Positions 39,673 through 49,977 of a stretch of 64,000 nt of DNA are shown piece by piece; the first letter of the stretch is position 1, and every line of letters begins with the position of its first letter. The translations under genes were made by a program, and so were the position numbers. This DNA is from a bacterium (GTDB taxonomy: Bacteria; UBA8248): positions 1,760,001 through 1,824,000 of the forward strand of contig OY843592.1 of NCBI GenBank assembly GCA_963692865.2, written 5' to 3'. Below the pieces are notes generated by a model. That model did no database searches. It was not told the DNA's origin and saw only the letters and a list, made by a program, of their open reading frames with translations.

Positions 39673-40647
39673 ATGAAGCGCACATCCTGGAAAATGGGTT
39701 TCGTTCTCGCGGTGGCCATCGGCGCATTCGTGGCCGTCCAGGCCGAAGCGGCCCGCCTCACGATGGGAAGCTGGAAAAAAGGAAGCGGCTGGCACGTGTA
39801 CTCGGCCACCATGGCGAACATCGTGAACAACGCGAAAGTGGGCGTTCAGATCGACGCCCTCTCCAAAGGCGGCGGCGTGGGCAACCCCAAGCTCGTCGGC
39901 ACCGGCAAGTTCAGCATGGGGCTCACTTTCAGCGTGGCGGCGGCCTGGGCCTATCAGGGCAAGGTGGCCTACAAGAAGCCCTACAAGAACCTGCGCGGGC
40001 TGGTAGGCGGCCTGGACCAGTACTTCCTGGGCATCGTCACCACAAACCCCAAGGTGAACGGCATTCTCGACCTCAAGAAAGTGCCCGTGAACTACGTGAC
40101 GGTTCCGCGCGGCGGGCTGGGCCAGTGGGCCACGCGCGCCATGCTCGGGGCGCACGGCATCACCTATGAGGGCATCAAGAAGATGGGCGGTTCGGTGACG
40201 CATACCGGCTTCGGCGCCATCAAGAGCCGGATGAAGGACGGCCAGGCCGACATGCTGAGCCACACCGTGAACGCCGGCCATCCGGCGCTCACCTCGATCG
40301 CGGTCCAGAAGAAACTGAAGTTCCTGGGCGTAGCCGATGAGTTCCGCAACAAGCTTCTGGGCATCGGCTTCCTGAAAGCCACCATGCCGGCCAAGACGTT
40401 CCCGGGGCAGGACAAGCCCAAGAACACGTTCGGCTTCACCACCGCGGTCCTTGCCTCCACGGCGCTCAGCAACAAGGATGCGTACAACATCGTCAAGTCG
40501 CTGCTCGACAACGTGAAGGACCTGCGGGCGGGGCATAAGGGTCTCAGGAACTTCGACCCGGCCAAGACGGGCTGCAAGGAAGCGCAGATGGGCATTCCGT
40601 TCCATGACGGCGCGGCCCGCTACTGCAAGGAGAAGGGCTGGAACTAG
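39673..40647 (+). CDS. TAXI-family TRAP solute-binding protein
   Basis: Signal peptide; GGGVGN; IPFHDGAARY.KE.G. Confidence 0.88.
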   Translation: MKRTSWKMGFVLAVAIGAFVAVQAEAARLTMGSWKKGSGWHVYSATMANIVNNAKVGVQIDALSKGGGVGNPKLVGTGKFSMGLTFSVAAAWAYQGKVAYKKPYKNLRGLVGGLDQYFLGIVTTNPKVNGILDLKKVPVNYVTVPRGGLGQWATRAMLGAHGITYEGIKKMGGSVTHTGFGAIKSRMKDGQADMLSHTVNAGHPALTSIAVQKKLKFLGVADEFRNKLLGIGFLKATMPAKTFPGQDKPKNTFGFTTAVLASTALSNKDAYNIVKSLLDNVKDLRAGHKGLRNFDPAKTGCKEAQMGIPFHDGAARYCKEKGWN

Positions 40648-40659
40648 TTGATGGCTCAA

Positions 40660-40682
40660 GCGGCGGGAGCTGTTCCGCCGCC
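40660..40682 (+). terminator. Stem-loop after the TAXI gene
   Basis: GCGGCGGGA-GCTG-TTCCGCCGC; no U-tract on +, so possibly an mRNA-stabilising hairpin. Confidence 0.4.
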
Positions 40683-40807
40683 TGAAAAAGCAGGAACGAG
40701 AGCCGCTATCGGTTCATAAATCGAGGTTCGACTCCCGCTGTCCGTCTGTTGATGGGCGGCGGGAGCCTTCTATTACAAAATCCGTTTGCTCCAACAGGGG
40801 GAATGCC

Positions 40808-41599
40808 ATGCCGTACCGCTTCGTCGATCTCACGCTCACCGTCGACCCGGAGGACACCTACGTTCAGTTTCCGCGCGATGAGATTTACGACAAGCCGGCT
40901 CCGGGTACGACCATCACCCCCATCGCGACGCTGGATGTGGACCACATCTGCAACTTCGGCTTCACCACGACCACGCAGAGCTACACGCACTACGACGCGC
41001 CCTACCACTTTTTTCACGACGGGCTGAAGAACGACGAACTACCCCTCGATCACGTCTGCGGCGACGCCTGCGTGATCAAGGTGCCGGGCAAGGGAAATTC
41101 CGAATCCGTGACGGCAGAAGACCTGGAAGCCACGGGCGTGGAGGTGCGCCCCGGCGACATCGCCATCGTCAGCACGGAGTGGACCGACCGCATGTGGGGC
41201 TCGCGCGATTTCTGGGAGCATATGGTCTATCTCTCGACCGACGCGGCCGACTGGCTCATCGAGAGAGGAATCAAAGCGCTCGTCCAGGATTTCATGACGT
41301 GCGACTCGCCGCTCTATCCCCCCGAGGAGCGCAAGTGGCCCGCCCCGAACTGGAGTCCCAACCACATCAAGTTCCTGGAGCGCGGGATATGCTTGATCGA
41401 GTGGTGTACGAACATGGGCGCCATCCAGAAAGAGCGCGTCCTGCTGATTACGGGCGCGGTGAAGCTCAAGGACACCGAGGGCGCGCCCGCGCGCGTCATA
41501 GCGATTGAATTCTGGGATGAGGAGCCGCCCCGCGACGGCGCTCCCCCGCTGCCGCCCCTCGAGAATCCCTATACGGATCGCGGCTCCTGGGCCAGATAA
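40808..41599 (+). CDS. Cyclase family protein
   Basis: QSYTHYDAPYH (first His replaced by Gln), GAPARVIA. Confidence 0.8.
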   Translation: MPYRFVDLTLTVDPEDTYVQFPRDEIYDKPAPGTTITPIATLDVDHICNFGFTTTTQSYTHYDAPYHFFHDGLKNDELPLDHVCGDACVIKVPGKGNSESVTAEDLEATGVEVRPGDIAIVSTEWTDRMWGSRDFWEHMVYLSTDAADWLIERGIKALVQDFMTCDSPLYPPEERKWPAPNWSPNHIKFLERGICLIEWCTNMGAIQKERVLLITGAVKLKDTEGAPARVIAIEFWDEEPPRDGAPPLPPLENPYTDRGSWAR

Positions 41600-41609
41600 G
41601 GCGCGTGAG

Positions 41610-42992
41610 ATGGTCGACCAAAGCCTGCGCGGCTTCCTGGAGATGGTGGAGCGCAACCACCCCGAAGAACTCGTGCGCATCAAGGAGCCCGTCGGGAGGG
41701 AGGACATCACGCCCACGGTGTTCGAGTTCGAGCGCGTGGGCAGATACCCCGTCATCATCTTCGATCGCGTGGAGGGCTTCGAGGGTTCTGTCGTCACCAA
41801 CATCGCGGGCAACCGGAAGCTCCTGGCGGCGTGTCTGGAAGTGGAGCCGGGCGATCTGCCGACGGCGTACAAGGATCGCTGCCAGAACTACCTGCCCGTG
41901 GAGGTGGTGGACGAAGCCCCCTGGCGCGAAGTCGTCATCGAAGAAGACGATGTGGACCTGAACAAACTCCCCATCCCCTTCCATTTCCCAGTGGATGCGG
42001 CCCCCTACATCACGGCGGGCCAGATCGTGGCGCGCGACCCCGAGACGGGCGTGGACACGACAGGCTTTCACCGCTTGCAGCTCAAGGGAAAGAACAGGCT
42101 GGGCGTCTCACTGCACTCAAGGCGGCGCATGTACCATTTCCACAAAAAGGCCGAAGATGCGGGTAAGCCCCTGCCGGCAGCGGTCGTCATCGGCATCCAC
42201 CCGGTGCACTACATGGGTTCGATGGCGTATCACTACCCGCCCGGCGTGCGGAAATACGAGGTCATCGGCGCCTTGTTCGGCGAGCCGTACCGCGTCGCAA
42301 GATGCGGGGCGGCGGACCTGGAAGCCCCAGAGGGGGCGGAGATCGTTCTGGAAGGGGAGATTCTGAACGAAGTCCGTGAGGAGGAGGGCCCCTTCAGCGA
42401 GTTCACCGGCTATGCGTCCTACCGCAGCACGCAGAACGTGTTCGTCGTAAAACGCGTGCAGATGCGCGCGGACGCCATGCTCCACAGCGTGGCCTCGGGC
42501 ATGTCGGCGGACCATATTCTCATCTCATGCGTGAGCCGCGAGGCGGAGATTCTCAACACGCTCAGGCGCAACCTGCCGGGCGTCACCGCCGTGCACGTGC
42601 CCTCGAACACGGCGGGCGCGCTTCTGGCGATCGTCCAGATGAAAAAGACGGCCGAGGGCCAGCCGCAGCAGGCCATCATGGCGGCGCTGGGCACCGAGTT
42701 CTATTGCAAGTGCGTGGTCGTCGTCGATGAGGACGTGGACATCTTCAACCTCTCCGACGTCGCCTGGGCGGTCATCACGAGGACGCGCGCGGATAAGGAC
42801 ATCAACTTCATCCACGGGGCGATGGGCGCCATCCTGGATCCGACCTCGGACCCCGTGGATCACACCTTGACGAAGGTGGGCATCGACGCCACCAAGCCCG
42901 CGGGCCGTGATTTCGCGGAGCGGCTCTACATCACCGATGAGCAGCGCGAGCGCGTGCGCGGCATACTCGATAGCGCGGGCATCCGCCTGTAG
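41610..42992 (+). CDS. UbiD family prFMN-dependent (de)carboxylase
   Basis: HRLQ, EEGPFSEFTGY, VDEDVDI, LDP. Confidence 0.9.
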   Translation: MVDQSLRGFLEMVERNHPEELVRIKEPVGREDITPTVFEFERVGRYPVIIFDRVEGFEGSVVTNIAGNRKLLAACLEVEPGDLPTAYKDRCQNYLPVEVVDEAPWREVVIEEDDVDLNKLPIPFHFPVDAAPYITAGQIVARDPETGVDTTGFHRLQLKGKNRLGVSLHSRRRMYHFHKKAEDAGKPLPAAVVIGIHPVHYMGSMAYHYPPGVRKYEVIGALFGEPYRVARCGAADLEAPEGAEIVLEGEILNEVREEEGPFSEFTGYASYRSTQNVFVVKRVQMRADAMLHSVASGMSADHILISCVSREAEILNTLRRNLPGVTAVHVPSNTAGALLAIVQMKKTAEGQPQQAIMAALGTEFYCKCVVVVDEDVDIFNLSDVAWAVITRTRADKDINFIHGAMGAILDPTSDPVDHTLTKVGIDATKPAGRDFAERLYITDEQRERVRGILDSAGIRL

Positions 42993-43000
42993 GCCTCAAA

Positions 43001-43963
43001 GTGGCGGATAGAAGAGTAAAACTCGGCGTGCTTCTCCCCACGCGCGGGGTATTGCTCTGGAACGACGGCGTCCCTGAGGTGGGCCCCGTCATCGACCTGG
43101 CCGTGCGCGCGGAAGAGCTCGGCTACGATTCGGTGTTCGTGGGCGATTCGGTGCTCGCCAAGCCGAGGCTCGAGGCGCTCAGCGTGCTCTCCGCCGTGGC
43201 GGTGAGAACCGAGCGCGTGAAGCTCGGCACCGCCGTCTTTCTGCCGTGTCTCAGGGACCCCGTATTCCTCGCCTATCAGGTGGCGACGCTCGACGTCATC
43301 TCGGGCGGCCGCGTGATTTTGGGCGTGGGCATCGGCCCGCCCAAGCCCCAGGAATGCGAGCATGAGTTCGAGACCCTGGGCGTGCCGTTCCGAAAGCGCA
43401 TGTTCTACATGCAGGAGCACATGACGCTCATGCGCAGGCTCTGGACGGAGGAGGAAGTAACCTTCGAGGGCAGGTATTACCAGGTCGAGAACGTCACGCT
43501 CGCCCACAAGCCGATCCAGAAAACCGTGCCCATGTGGATCGCTTCCGCCGTTGTGGACTCCGCGTGGCAGAGGGTGGCGAAGTATGGAGACGGGTGGTTC
43601 CCCAACCGCGTAACGCCAGAGGAGTTCCGCGACACCTGGGGGAAGATTACACGTTTAGCCTGTGAGAACGGTCGCGACCCGGGCACGCCCGCATGGTACA
43701 TGACCACCTGCATCGACGATGACAAGGAATCGGCCATGAAAAACAGCGAGGCGTTCCTGCTCGATTACTATTACACCCCGTTCTGGGGCGATTCAATCGA
43801 GAAATGGGGTACCTACGGCCCAGCCGTTGACCTGATAGAGCGCATCAACGCCTTCATCGATGCAGGGGTGGAGCACATCTCCCTGCGCTTCACCCACCGA
43901 GATCAGATGGGCCAGATCGAGCGCTTCACGGAAGAAGTGCTGCCGCACCTGAACCTGGAGTAG
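43001..43963 (+). CDS. LLM-class oxidoreductase (paralog of 35435-36403)
   Basis: LLPTRG, DSVFVGDSVLAKPR, TLDVISGGR. Confidence 0.85.
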   Translation: MADRRVKLGVLLPTRGVLLWNDGVPEVGPVIDLAVRAEELGYDSVFVGDSVLAKPRLEALSVLSAVAVRTERVKLGTAVFLPCLRDPVFLAYQVATLDVISGGRVILGVGIGPPKPQECEHEFETLGVPFRKRMFYMQEHMTLMRRLWTEEEVTFEGRYYQVENVTLAHKPIQKTVPMWIASAVVDSAWQRVAKYGDGWFPNRVTPEEFRDTWGKITRLACENGRDPGTPAWYMTTCIDDDKESAMKNSEAFLLDYYYTPFWGDSIEKWGTYGPAVDLIERINAFIDAGVEHISLRFTHRDQMGQIERFTEEVLPHLNLE

Positions 43964-44077
43964 GGCGGGTTTTCACCGAACCCCGCCACTGTCCGGCAAA
44001 GGAATAACAGGGGATGCCTGTTCCATCATTCGCGAAATACCCTATAAAAACTCTGCCATCCGTAAATTAAAAAATCC

Positions 44078-44352
44078 GTAGGGTCAGACATATATGTCTG
44101 ACCCCCTGTGGTCGCCCTTAACCGGACAGGCACGGGGGCCTGTCCCTACGGTCGCAATTTGGAGGATGATGGCATTGTAGGGGTCGATGGGGTTGTTACC
44201 ACCCCAACCGAGAATGTTCACCGTCATTCCGGCGAAAGCCGGAATGACGACCCCTCAGCGTCGGCGAAACCCACAACCACTCCCCCCTTGAGGGTCATTT
44301 CCGACCAATGAGGGAGGGTATCGCACTGGACAGGTCGCGACCTGTCCCTACA
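44078..44352. repeat. REP cluster including a collapsed GTCATTCCGGC-GAAA-GCCGGAATGAC unit
   Basis: GTAG REPs at 44078-44104 and 44124-44149; palindrome 44223-44248; ACTCCCCCCTTGAGG fragment. Confidence 0.8.
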
Positions 44353-44353
44353 G

Positions 44354-45682
44354 CTAGAATTCAGCGTCCTCGGCGCCCGGAATCCGGAGAGAACGGAAAT
44401 GGCCCTCCAACTCGCCGAGCGGAGCCGTGGCGTCCAGGCCCATCTTCGCCGTTACGCCGCTCTGGGCCGAGGGGTCGAGACGGCTGCCCCACGCGCCCGG
44501 AACGACGAACAAATCCTTATCCGCCTGAAAGCGCGTGGCCAGCGCCCAGTCGACTTGCGCCGGGTTGTGGATATCGATGTCGTGATCCACGCAGATGGCG
44601 TGCTTGACGTCGTAATGCGCGGCGAGCGCCGCCATGAGCGCGCTTTTCGCCTCCCCCTCGCTGGTTTTCCGTATCTGGACGGCGCAGTGAAAACGGCCCG
44701 CGCCTGAGAGGGGAAGCACGACATCCGTTACGGCCGGGACGGCTTTCTGGAGGTCTCTTAAGAGTCCCGCCTCTCTCGGCACCGCGCCCATCAGCAGGTG
44801 ATCGTAGCCCGCCGCCACGATGGAATAGAAAACGGGATTCTCGCGCATGGCGATGGATTTCACCCGGAACACTTCGCGTTCTCCCGCCGGGCTGTAATAG
44901 CGCGGAAACTCGCCGAAGGGCCCCTCGCGCCTGCGCTCATCGGGCGGTATTTCCCCCTCGATCACGATTTCAGCGCCCGCGGGCACGGGAATCCCCGACC
45001 AGGGGGCGGGGGCGACGTCCACGGCGCGGCCCCGCAATCCGCCCGCCGCTTCCAGTTCATCCTCCCCGGGCGCGAGAACGAGTTGGCTTGCCATCAGGAG
45101 CAGGGGGTCGAGACCCACGCAGACGGCCGCCTTGAGGGGCTCTCCGCGTTCCCCGGCGCGCCTGATCATGCCCTTCAGGTGGCGCGGCAGAACGAGCAGG
45201 CCGAACAGGTCGGGCTCCAGGGCGTGCATCCTGTGAATCGAGACGTTGCCCGCCCCGGAATCGGGGTCCTGCGCGATGAAAACGCCGGCGGAAATGTAGG
45301 GGCCGCCGTCCAGTTCGTGGTAGGTGGGCAGGGGGAGAATTTTCCGGACGTCGATCTCTTTCGTGATGACGTTGCGTAAAAACGGCGCATCAGTAACCAG
45401 ATTCGGCTTTATCTTGATTTCCTGTCTGCGCTGAACCTCGCGGAGCAACTCACCGGGCGCGACCCCCATGGCGTCTGCGTACCAGTCTCTTCTGCAGGCG
45501 ATGTTGGCGGCGACGGGCATCGGCGCGCCATCGGCTCGCTCGAAAAGGAGGGCGGTCTGGCCGTCCGCTTTTTGCGACAAGGCGGCGAGTTCATGGCGGA
45601 GCGATACGCTGCGCGATACGCGCTTGAGCGATCCCCGCTCTTCGAGATGCGCGAGCCAGGTTTTCAGATCGTGAGCGTTCAT
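44354..45682 (-). CDS. UbiD family prFMN-dependent (de)carboxylase
   Basis: DGGPYI, SIHRM, EGPFGEF, VDHDIDI, LDPS. Confidence 0.9.
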   Translation of the reverse strand: MNAHDLKTWLAHLEERGSLKRVSRSVSLRHELAALSQKADGQTALLFERADGAPMPVAANIACRRDWYADAMGVAPGELLREVQRRQEIKIKPNLVTDAPFLRNVITKEIDVRKILPLPTYHELDGGPYISAGVFIAQDPDSGAGNVSIHRMHALEPDLFGLLVLPRHLKGMIRRAGERGEPLKAAVCVGLDPLLLMASQLVLAPGEDELEAAGGLRGRAVDVAPAPWSGIPVPAGAEIVIEGEIPPDERRREGPFGEFPRYYSPAGEREVFRVKSIAMRENPVFYSIVAAGYDHLLMGAVPREAGLLRDLQKAVPAVTDVVLPLSGAGRFHCAVQIRKTSEGEAKSALMAALAAHYDVKHAICVDHDIDIHNPAQVDWALATRFQADKDLFVVPGAWGSRLDPSAQSGVTAKMGLDATAPLGELEGHFRSLRIPGAEDAEF

Positions 45683-45741
45683 GCGCGTATGATGGCAAAT
45701 GGAGGGATGAGCGTCAAAAGCGCAGGGGCGCTCCGGTGTTG

Positions 45742-46629
45742 TTACGTCATCAGAGTTTCCCTCAGCATGGCGAGGTAATCGCCTGCGTAGGGAGGCAGGT
45801 AGACGTCGTTTCTCCGGAAAAGGCCGATGCGCTTTTTCCCGAAGAGGTGGGATAAGTTGGCGGTTCGCCATCCGTTAGCGGTCTCGGGCCGGGGCCAGAG
45901 CGCGTTGACGATAGCGATGCCCGCCCCGTTCAAGACGGCTTCATTGATCAGGGTGTAGGAGGACGTCTCGAAGACGACGTTGATGGATAATCCCTGCTTC
46001 TCGAAGGTTTGCTCGATGTGCTGGCGGTCCGCCGTGCCGCGTTCGAGCAGGATGAGCGGATGCGCGGCGATGCCCTCAAAAGTGATTTTCTCCTCCTTGA
46101 GGACGGCGTGCTCCTCGGGACAGAAGAGGAGATAGTCCGTCTCCGTCCATTCTTCGAAGGAGAAATTCCCCCGCGCCACGGGCGCCGAGCCGAACGCGAA
46201 ATCGACCGCGCCCTCCGATACGTGCTCGAGTAGATTCGTCCAGTTTCGCTCCAGCACGGATATCTGGACGTTCGGGTAGCGTTCGCGGAACTTGAGGAAG
46301 GCGGCCCTGTGGCCCTTGAGGATGAGCATGGGGGCGGCTTCGGCCACGACGAGCCGCCCATGCGTCTCCCCGCGCAGGTGCCGCTCGACCGCATCGAGGG
46401 ACTCGAAGAAAGGTTTTATGGCGTCGAAGAGATACTCTCCGCTCGGCGTCAACTGAAACTTGCGGCCGACGATCCGGTAGAGCTTCACCTTGAGATCCGC
46501 TTCGAGCGCCTTCACCCGGATGCTGAGGGCAGGCTGCTGGATGGAGAAGGGCAGTTGCCTCGCCGCGCTGGTGAAGCCGCCGTGTTTCGCCACGTAGTAG
46601 AAGTATTCGAGTTGTCTTAAATTCAACAT
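45742..46629 (-). CDS. LysR family transcriptional regulator
   Basis: LRQLEYF...FTSAA...QPALSIRVKALE...LTPSGE. Confidence 0.92.
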   Translation of the reverse strand: MLNLRQLEYFYYVAKHGGFTSAARQLPFSIQQPALSIRVKALEADLKVKLYRIVGRKFQLTPSGEYLFDAIKPFFESLDAVERHLRGETHGRLVVAEAAPMLILKGHRAAFLKFRERYPNVQISVLERNWTNLLEHVSEGAVDFAFGSAPVARGNFSFEEWTETDYLLFCPEEHAVLKEEKITFEGIAAHPLILLERGTADRQHIEQTFEKQGLSINVVFETSSYTLINEAVLNGAGIAIVNALWPRPETANGWRTANLSHLFGKKRIGLFRRNDVYLPPYAGDYLAMLRETLMT

Positions 46630-46781
46630 GAAAACCTCGTGAAATCATTTGCCGTGATGCCCGTCATTCCATTGTGGAATTTGATGGTTCGGAGCTATGC
46701 TCTGCGGACTCGTTTTGTCATATTTCTCTCGTAAATAGGATACAAGGAAGAAAAACGATCTTCCAGGGAGCGAGAAAATTA

Positions 46782-46795
46782 TATGGAATATCCAT
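46782..46795. promoter_or_regulatory. Candidate LysR box in the AT-rich divergent promoter region
   Basis: ATGGA-ATA-TCCAT dyad containing T-N11-A. Confidence 0.35.
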
Positions 46796-46944
46796 TAAAT
46801 AATTCAATAGATTCGATTCTTTTTTTCCCCGTTGCGTATCCGCCGTCTTGCGTTTAATCTGCAAGCGGGGACATCTATTTTTTCGGGTGCCGACATAAGA
46901 GTTTCAGCACGTCGTGAACAAGGGGCGAACCCCGCCCCGCTGTA

Positions 46945-47910
46945 ATGGAGAAAGACGTGACGCAGGATTATCTTTCGCTCAGGGAACAGACCCAGGCGCG
47001 GGACCGCAGCCTAAGAGACAAGGTGATGACGCTCGAGGAGGCCTGTGATTTCGTGAATGATGGCGAACACGTCAGCTTGGGCGGCTCCACGGCTTCGAGA
47101 ACCCCCTTCGCCATGGTTTGGGCGCTCATACGCGCGAGGAAGAAGAATCTATCCTTCTCGCGGAGCATCGTCTCCACCGAGGGCGACCTCATATTCGCTT
47201 CGGGTATCGGGAATCACATTCTCACGAGTTGGTTCAGCCAGGGAATCGTCTGGGGCGTCTCGCGCGTGATGCGGCATTTCACCGAGAACAGGCTGGCGCG
47301 TTTCGAGGAGTGGAGCCACATGTCCATCGGACTGCGCTTCAGGGCGGGCGCGATGGGCGTTCCGTTCATGCCGATGCGCTCGATGATGGGCTCCGACGTG
47401 GCGGGGCAACTCGATAATCTAGAAGAAATGACCTGTCCCTTCACGGGCGAGAAAATCCTCCTCGTTCCGGCTCTCAATCCAGACGTCGCGCTGATCCACG
47501 TTCAAAGGTGCGACCCCTACGGCAACGCGCAGCTCGACGGCCTGACGTTCATGGATATCGACATGGCCATGGCGGCGAATCGCGTCATCATTACCACCGA
47601 GCGAATCATCTCGAACGATCAGATCCGCAGAAGGCCCGATCAGACGAGAATCCCCTTCTTCACCGTCGACGCGGTGGTGGAGGCGCCCTACGGCTGCGCG
47701 CCGCATGAATGCTTCGGCGTCTATGAGCCTCTGTTCTCGCACATGGACTATTACGCCGAACTCACGAGGAAAGAGCCGATGGAGGGCGTGAAGACGTATC
47801 TGGATGAATACTGCTACGCGCCGAAGAACTGGACGGAGTATCTGAATCTCATCGGCCTGGATAAGCTGCTGGATGCGGCCCGCAGGGGGAGGAGCATTTA
47901 TGACGATTGA
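46945..47910 (+). CDS. Family I CoA-transferase subunit A (GctA/PcaI-like)
   Basis: RFRAGAMGVPFMP, PDVALIHVQRCD.YGN, PYGCAP. Confidence 0.85.
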   Translation: MEKDVTQDYLSLREQTQARDRSLRDKVMTLEEACDFVNDGEHVSLGGSTASRTPFAMVWALIRARKKNLSFSRSIVSTEGDLIFASGIGNHILTSWFSQGIVWGVSRVMRHFTENRLARFEEWSHMSIGLRFRAGAMGVPFMPMRSMMGSDVAGQLDNLEEMTCPFTGEKILLVPALNPDVALIHVQRCDPYGNAQLDGLTFMDIDMAMAANRVIITTERIISNDQIRRRPDQTRIPFFTVDAVVEAPYGCAPHECFGVYEPLFSHMDYYAELTRKEPMEGVKTYLDEYCYAPKNWTEYLNLIGLDKLLDAARRGRSIYDD

Positions 47911-48673
47911 GACGAAAGACTTCACGGCGTCGGAGCTTTTGTGCGTCATGAGCGCGCGCGCGCTCGAGGACGGGCAGGTGGTTTTCGCGGGCGTGGGGAT
48001 TCCGCTTCTGGCCGCCACGCTGGCCCAGCGCCTCCATGCCCCGGGCGTGACGATTCTCTTCGAGGGCGGCACCATCGGCCCCCACGTAGTACCCGGCCAG
48101 CTTCCGCCCACCACGAACGAGCAGCGCTGCACGCGAAAGGCGAACATGCTGGTGAGCATCACCGAGGTGCTGCTCCTGCTGCAGCGCGGCTACGTGGACG
48201 TGGGCTTCATGGGGGGCGCCCAGATCGATCAGTACGGCAACCTGAACAGCTCCTTCATCGGAAGCGCGGACGACCCTTCCGTTCGGCTGCCCGGCACGGG
48301 CGGGGGGAACGACATTTCGAGCCTCACCAGGATGATCGTGGCGATGCCGCAGGAAAAGCGCCGCTTCGTGGAGAACGTGGATTTCATCACCAGCCCCGGC
48401 TACATCCGGGGCGGAACGTCGAGGCGCGACTCGGGCCTGATAGCCGGCGGCATGTACCGCGTTGTCACGGATCTCGCGATTCTGGGATTCGATGACGACA
48501 CGGGCCGGATGCGCGTCGAGGCTCTGCACCCGGGCGTCACGCCCGAGCAGGCGCAGGAGAACACGGGCTTTGAACTCATCATGGATTCCTCGGTGGGAAC
48601 CACGGAGCTGCCCAGGGAAGAGGAGTTGGCCGCGCTTCGCAATCTGGACCCGGACAAGGTATACACCGCATAA
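47900..48673 (+). CDS. Family I CoA-transferase subunit B (GctB/PcaJ-like)
   Basis: GVGIP, FEGG (catalytic Glu position), GGAQIDQYGNLNS, LPGTGGGND. Confidence 0.85.
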   Translation: MTIETKDFTASELLCVMSARALEDGQVVFAGVGIPLLAATLAQRLHAPGVTILFEGGTIGPHVVPGQLPPTTNEQRCTRKANMLVSITEVLLLLQRGYVDVGFMGGAQIDQYGNLNSSFIGSADDPSVRLPGTGGGNDISSLTRMIVAMPQEKRRFVENVDFITSPGYIRGGTSRRDSGLIAGGMYRVVTDLAILGFDDDTGRMRVEALHPGVTPEQAQENTGFELIMDSSVGTTELPREEELAALRNLDPDKVYTA

Positions 48674-48688
48674 CCACATGGAGCCGCC

Positions 48689-49960
48689 ATGAGCGCCGAG
48701 AACAGAGAAAAAATTCTGGCCCAGGTCGACGCCCACCGGGACGAGATTATCGCCCTGCTCACCAGACTCGTTCAGATACCGAGCGTGACGGGGGATGAGG
48801 GGGAAATACAAGCCTACATCGCGGACTTCCTCCGCGAGATGAACCTCGACGAGGTGGACGTCTGGGAATCGGACTGGGAGGAGATCAAGAAACACCCTGA
48901 ATACGTGCCCGTCACCAGAGGGTACGAGGGGAGGCCGAACGTGGTCGGCGTGCTCAAAGGTTCAGGCGGAGGCAGGTCGCTCCTGCTGAACGGCCACACC
49001 GACACCGTCCCCAACGGCCCGCCCGACGCCTGGGAGCACGGGCCGCTCTCCGCGGACATCGAGGCCGGCCGCCTCTACGGGCGCGGCGCCTCGGACATGA
49101 AGAGCGGGGTGGCGGCCATCATCATGGCGGCCAAATGCTTCATGGCGGCGGGTCTCAGGCCCAGGGGCGACGTGATTCTCGATTTCGTCGTGGATGAGGA
49201 GTTGAGCGGTCACGGCACGCTCGACACCATTTTGCGCGGCTATACGGCGGATGCAGGCATATGCTGCGAGACGAGCGGCAACGCCATCCAGCCCGGCTGC
49301 ATCGGGAGAATCTGGTTCGAAATACTCGTTCGGGGCAAGGCGGCGGGCATCCAGCGAAGGTATCAGGGCGTCAACGCCATCGACCTGGGCTACAAGATCG
49401 TTCAGGCGGTGGCCGATCTGGAGAAAAAACGCCTGGAGACGGTATCCCATCCCCTGTATCCCAAAATCATCGACGCGATTCCCTGCATGGTCGGCTCGAT
49501 GGAAGCGGGGAGTTTCCCGAGCGCCTTCCCGGATACCTGCGTGCTCAAGGGGAGTCTCGCCACCGTGCCGGGCGAGGATCACGACGCGGCCAAACAAAGC
49601 CTGGTCGATCAGGTGGCGCAGGCGTCGCAGGATGATCCCTGGATGAAGGATCACCCCCCGGAGGTGCGTTTCGTGGGGTATTACGCCGAGTCTGCGGCGG
49701 TGGACGCCGATCATCCAATCGTCAAGACGGTGGCGAACGCCTACCAGGAAGTCTCGGGCAACACCCCTGAAATTTCCGGGCGTCAGGGAGCGGCGGATAC
49801 GCGTTTTCTGAACGGTTTCGCCGGCATCCCGACGGTCATCTTCGGCCCGGGGCCCACCACCCAGATGCACGCGAACAACGAGTGGGTGGCGGTGGAGGAC
49901 GTGATCGACGCGACGAAAACGCTGGCCCTCTCCATCCTGGATTGGTGCGGAACGGAATAA
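48689..49960 (+). CDS. ArgE/DapE family M20 deacylase
   Basis: NGHTDTV, GRGASDMKSG, VDEE, CE, HANNE. Confidence 0.9.
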   Translation: MSAENREKILAQVDAHRDEIIALLTRLVQIPSVTGDEGEIQAYIADFLREMNLDEVDVWESDWEEIKKHPEYVPVTRGYEGRPNVVGVLKGSGGGRSLLLNGHTDTVPNGPPDAWEHGPLSADIEAGRLYGRGASDMKSGVAAIIMAAKCFMAAGLRPRGDVILDFVVDEELSGHGTLDTILRGYTADAGICCETSGNAIQPGCIGRIWFEILVRGKAAGIQRRYQGVNAIDLGYKIVQAVADLEKKRLETVSHPLYPKIIDAIPCMVGSMEAGSFPSAFPDTCVLKGSLATVPGEDHDAAKQSLVDQVAQASQDDPWMKDHPPEVRFVGYYAESAAVDADHPIVKTVANAYQEVSGNTPEISGRQGAADTRFLNGFAGIPTVIFGPGPTTQMHANNEWVAVEDVIDATKTLALSILDWCGTE

Positions 49961-49977
49961 AACCTAAGGGAATCGAC

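Noticed and set aside
2311-44352. Palindromic repeats as a CRISPR array
   Set aside because: They are dispersed inverted doublets, not tandem direct repeats with unique 30-40 bp spacers; no cas genes
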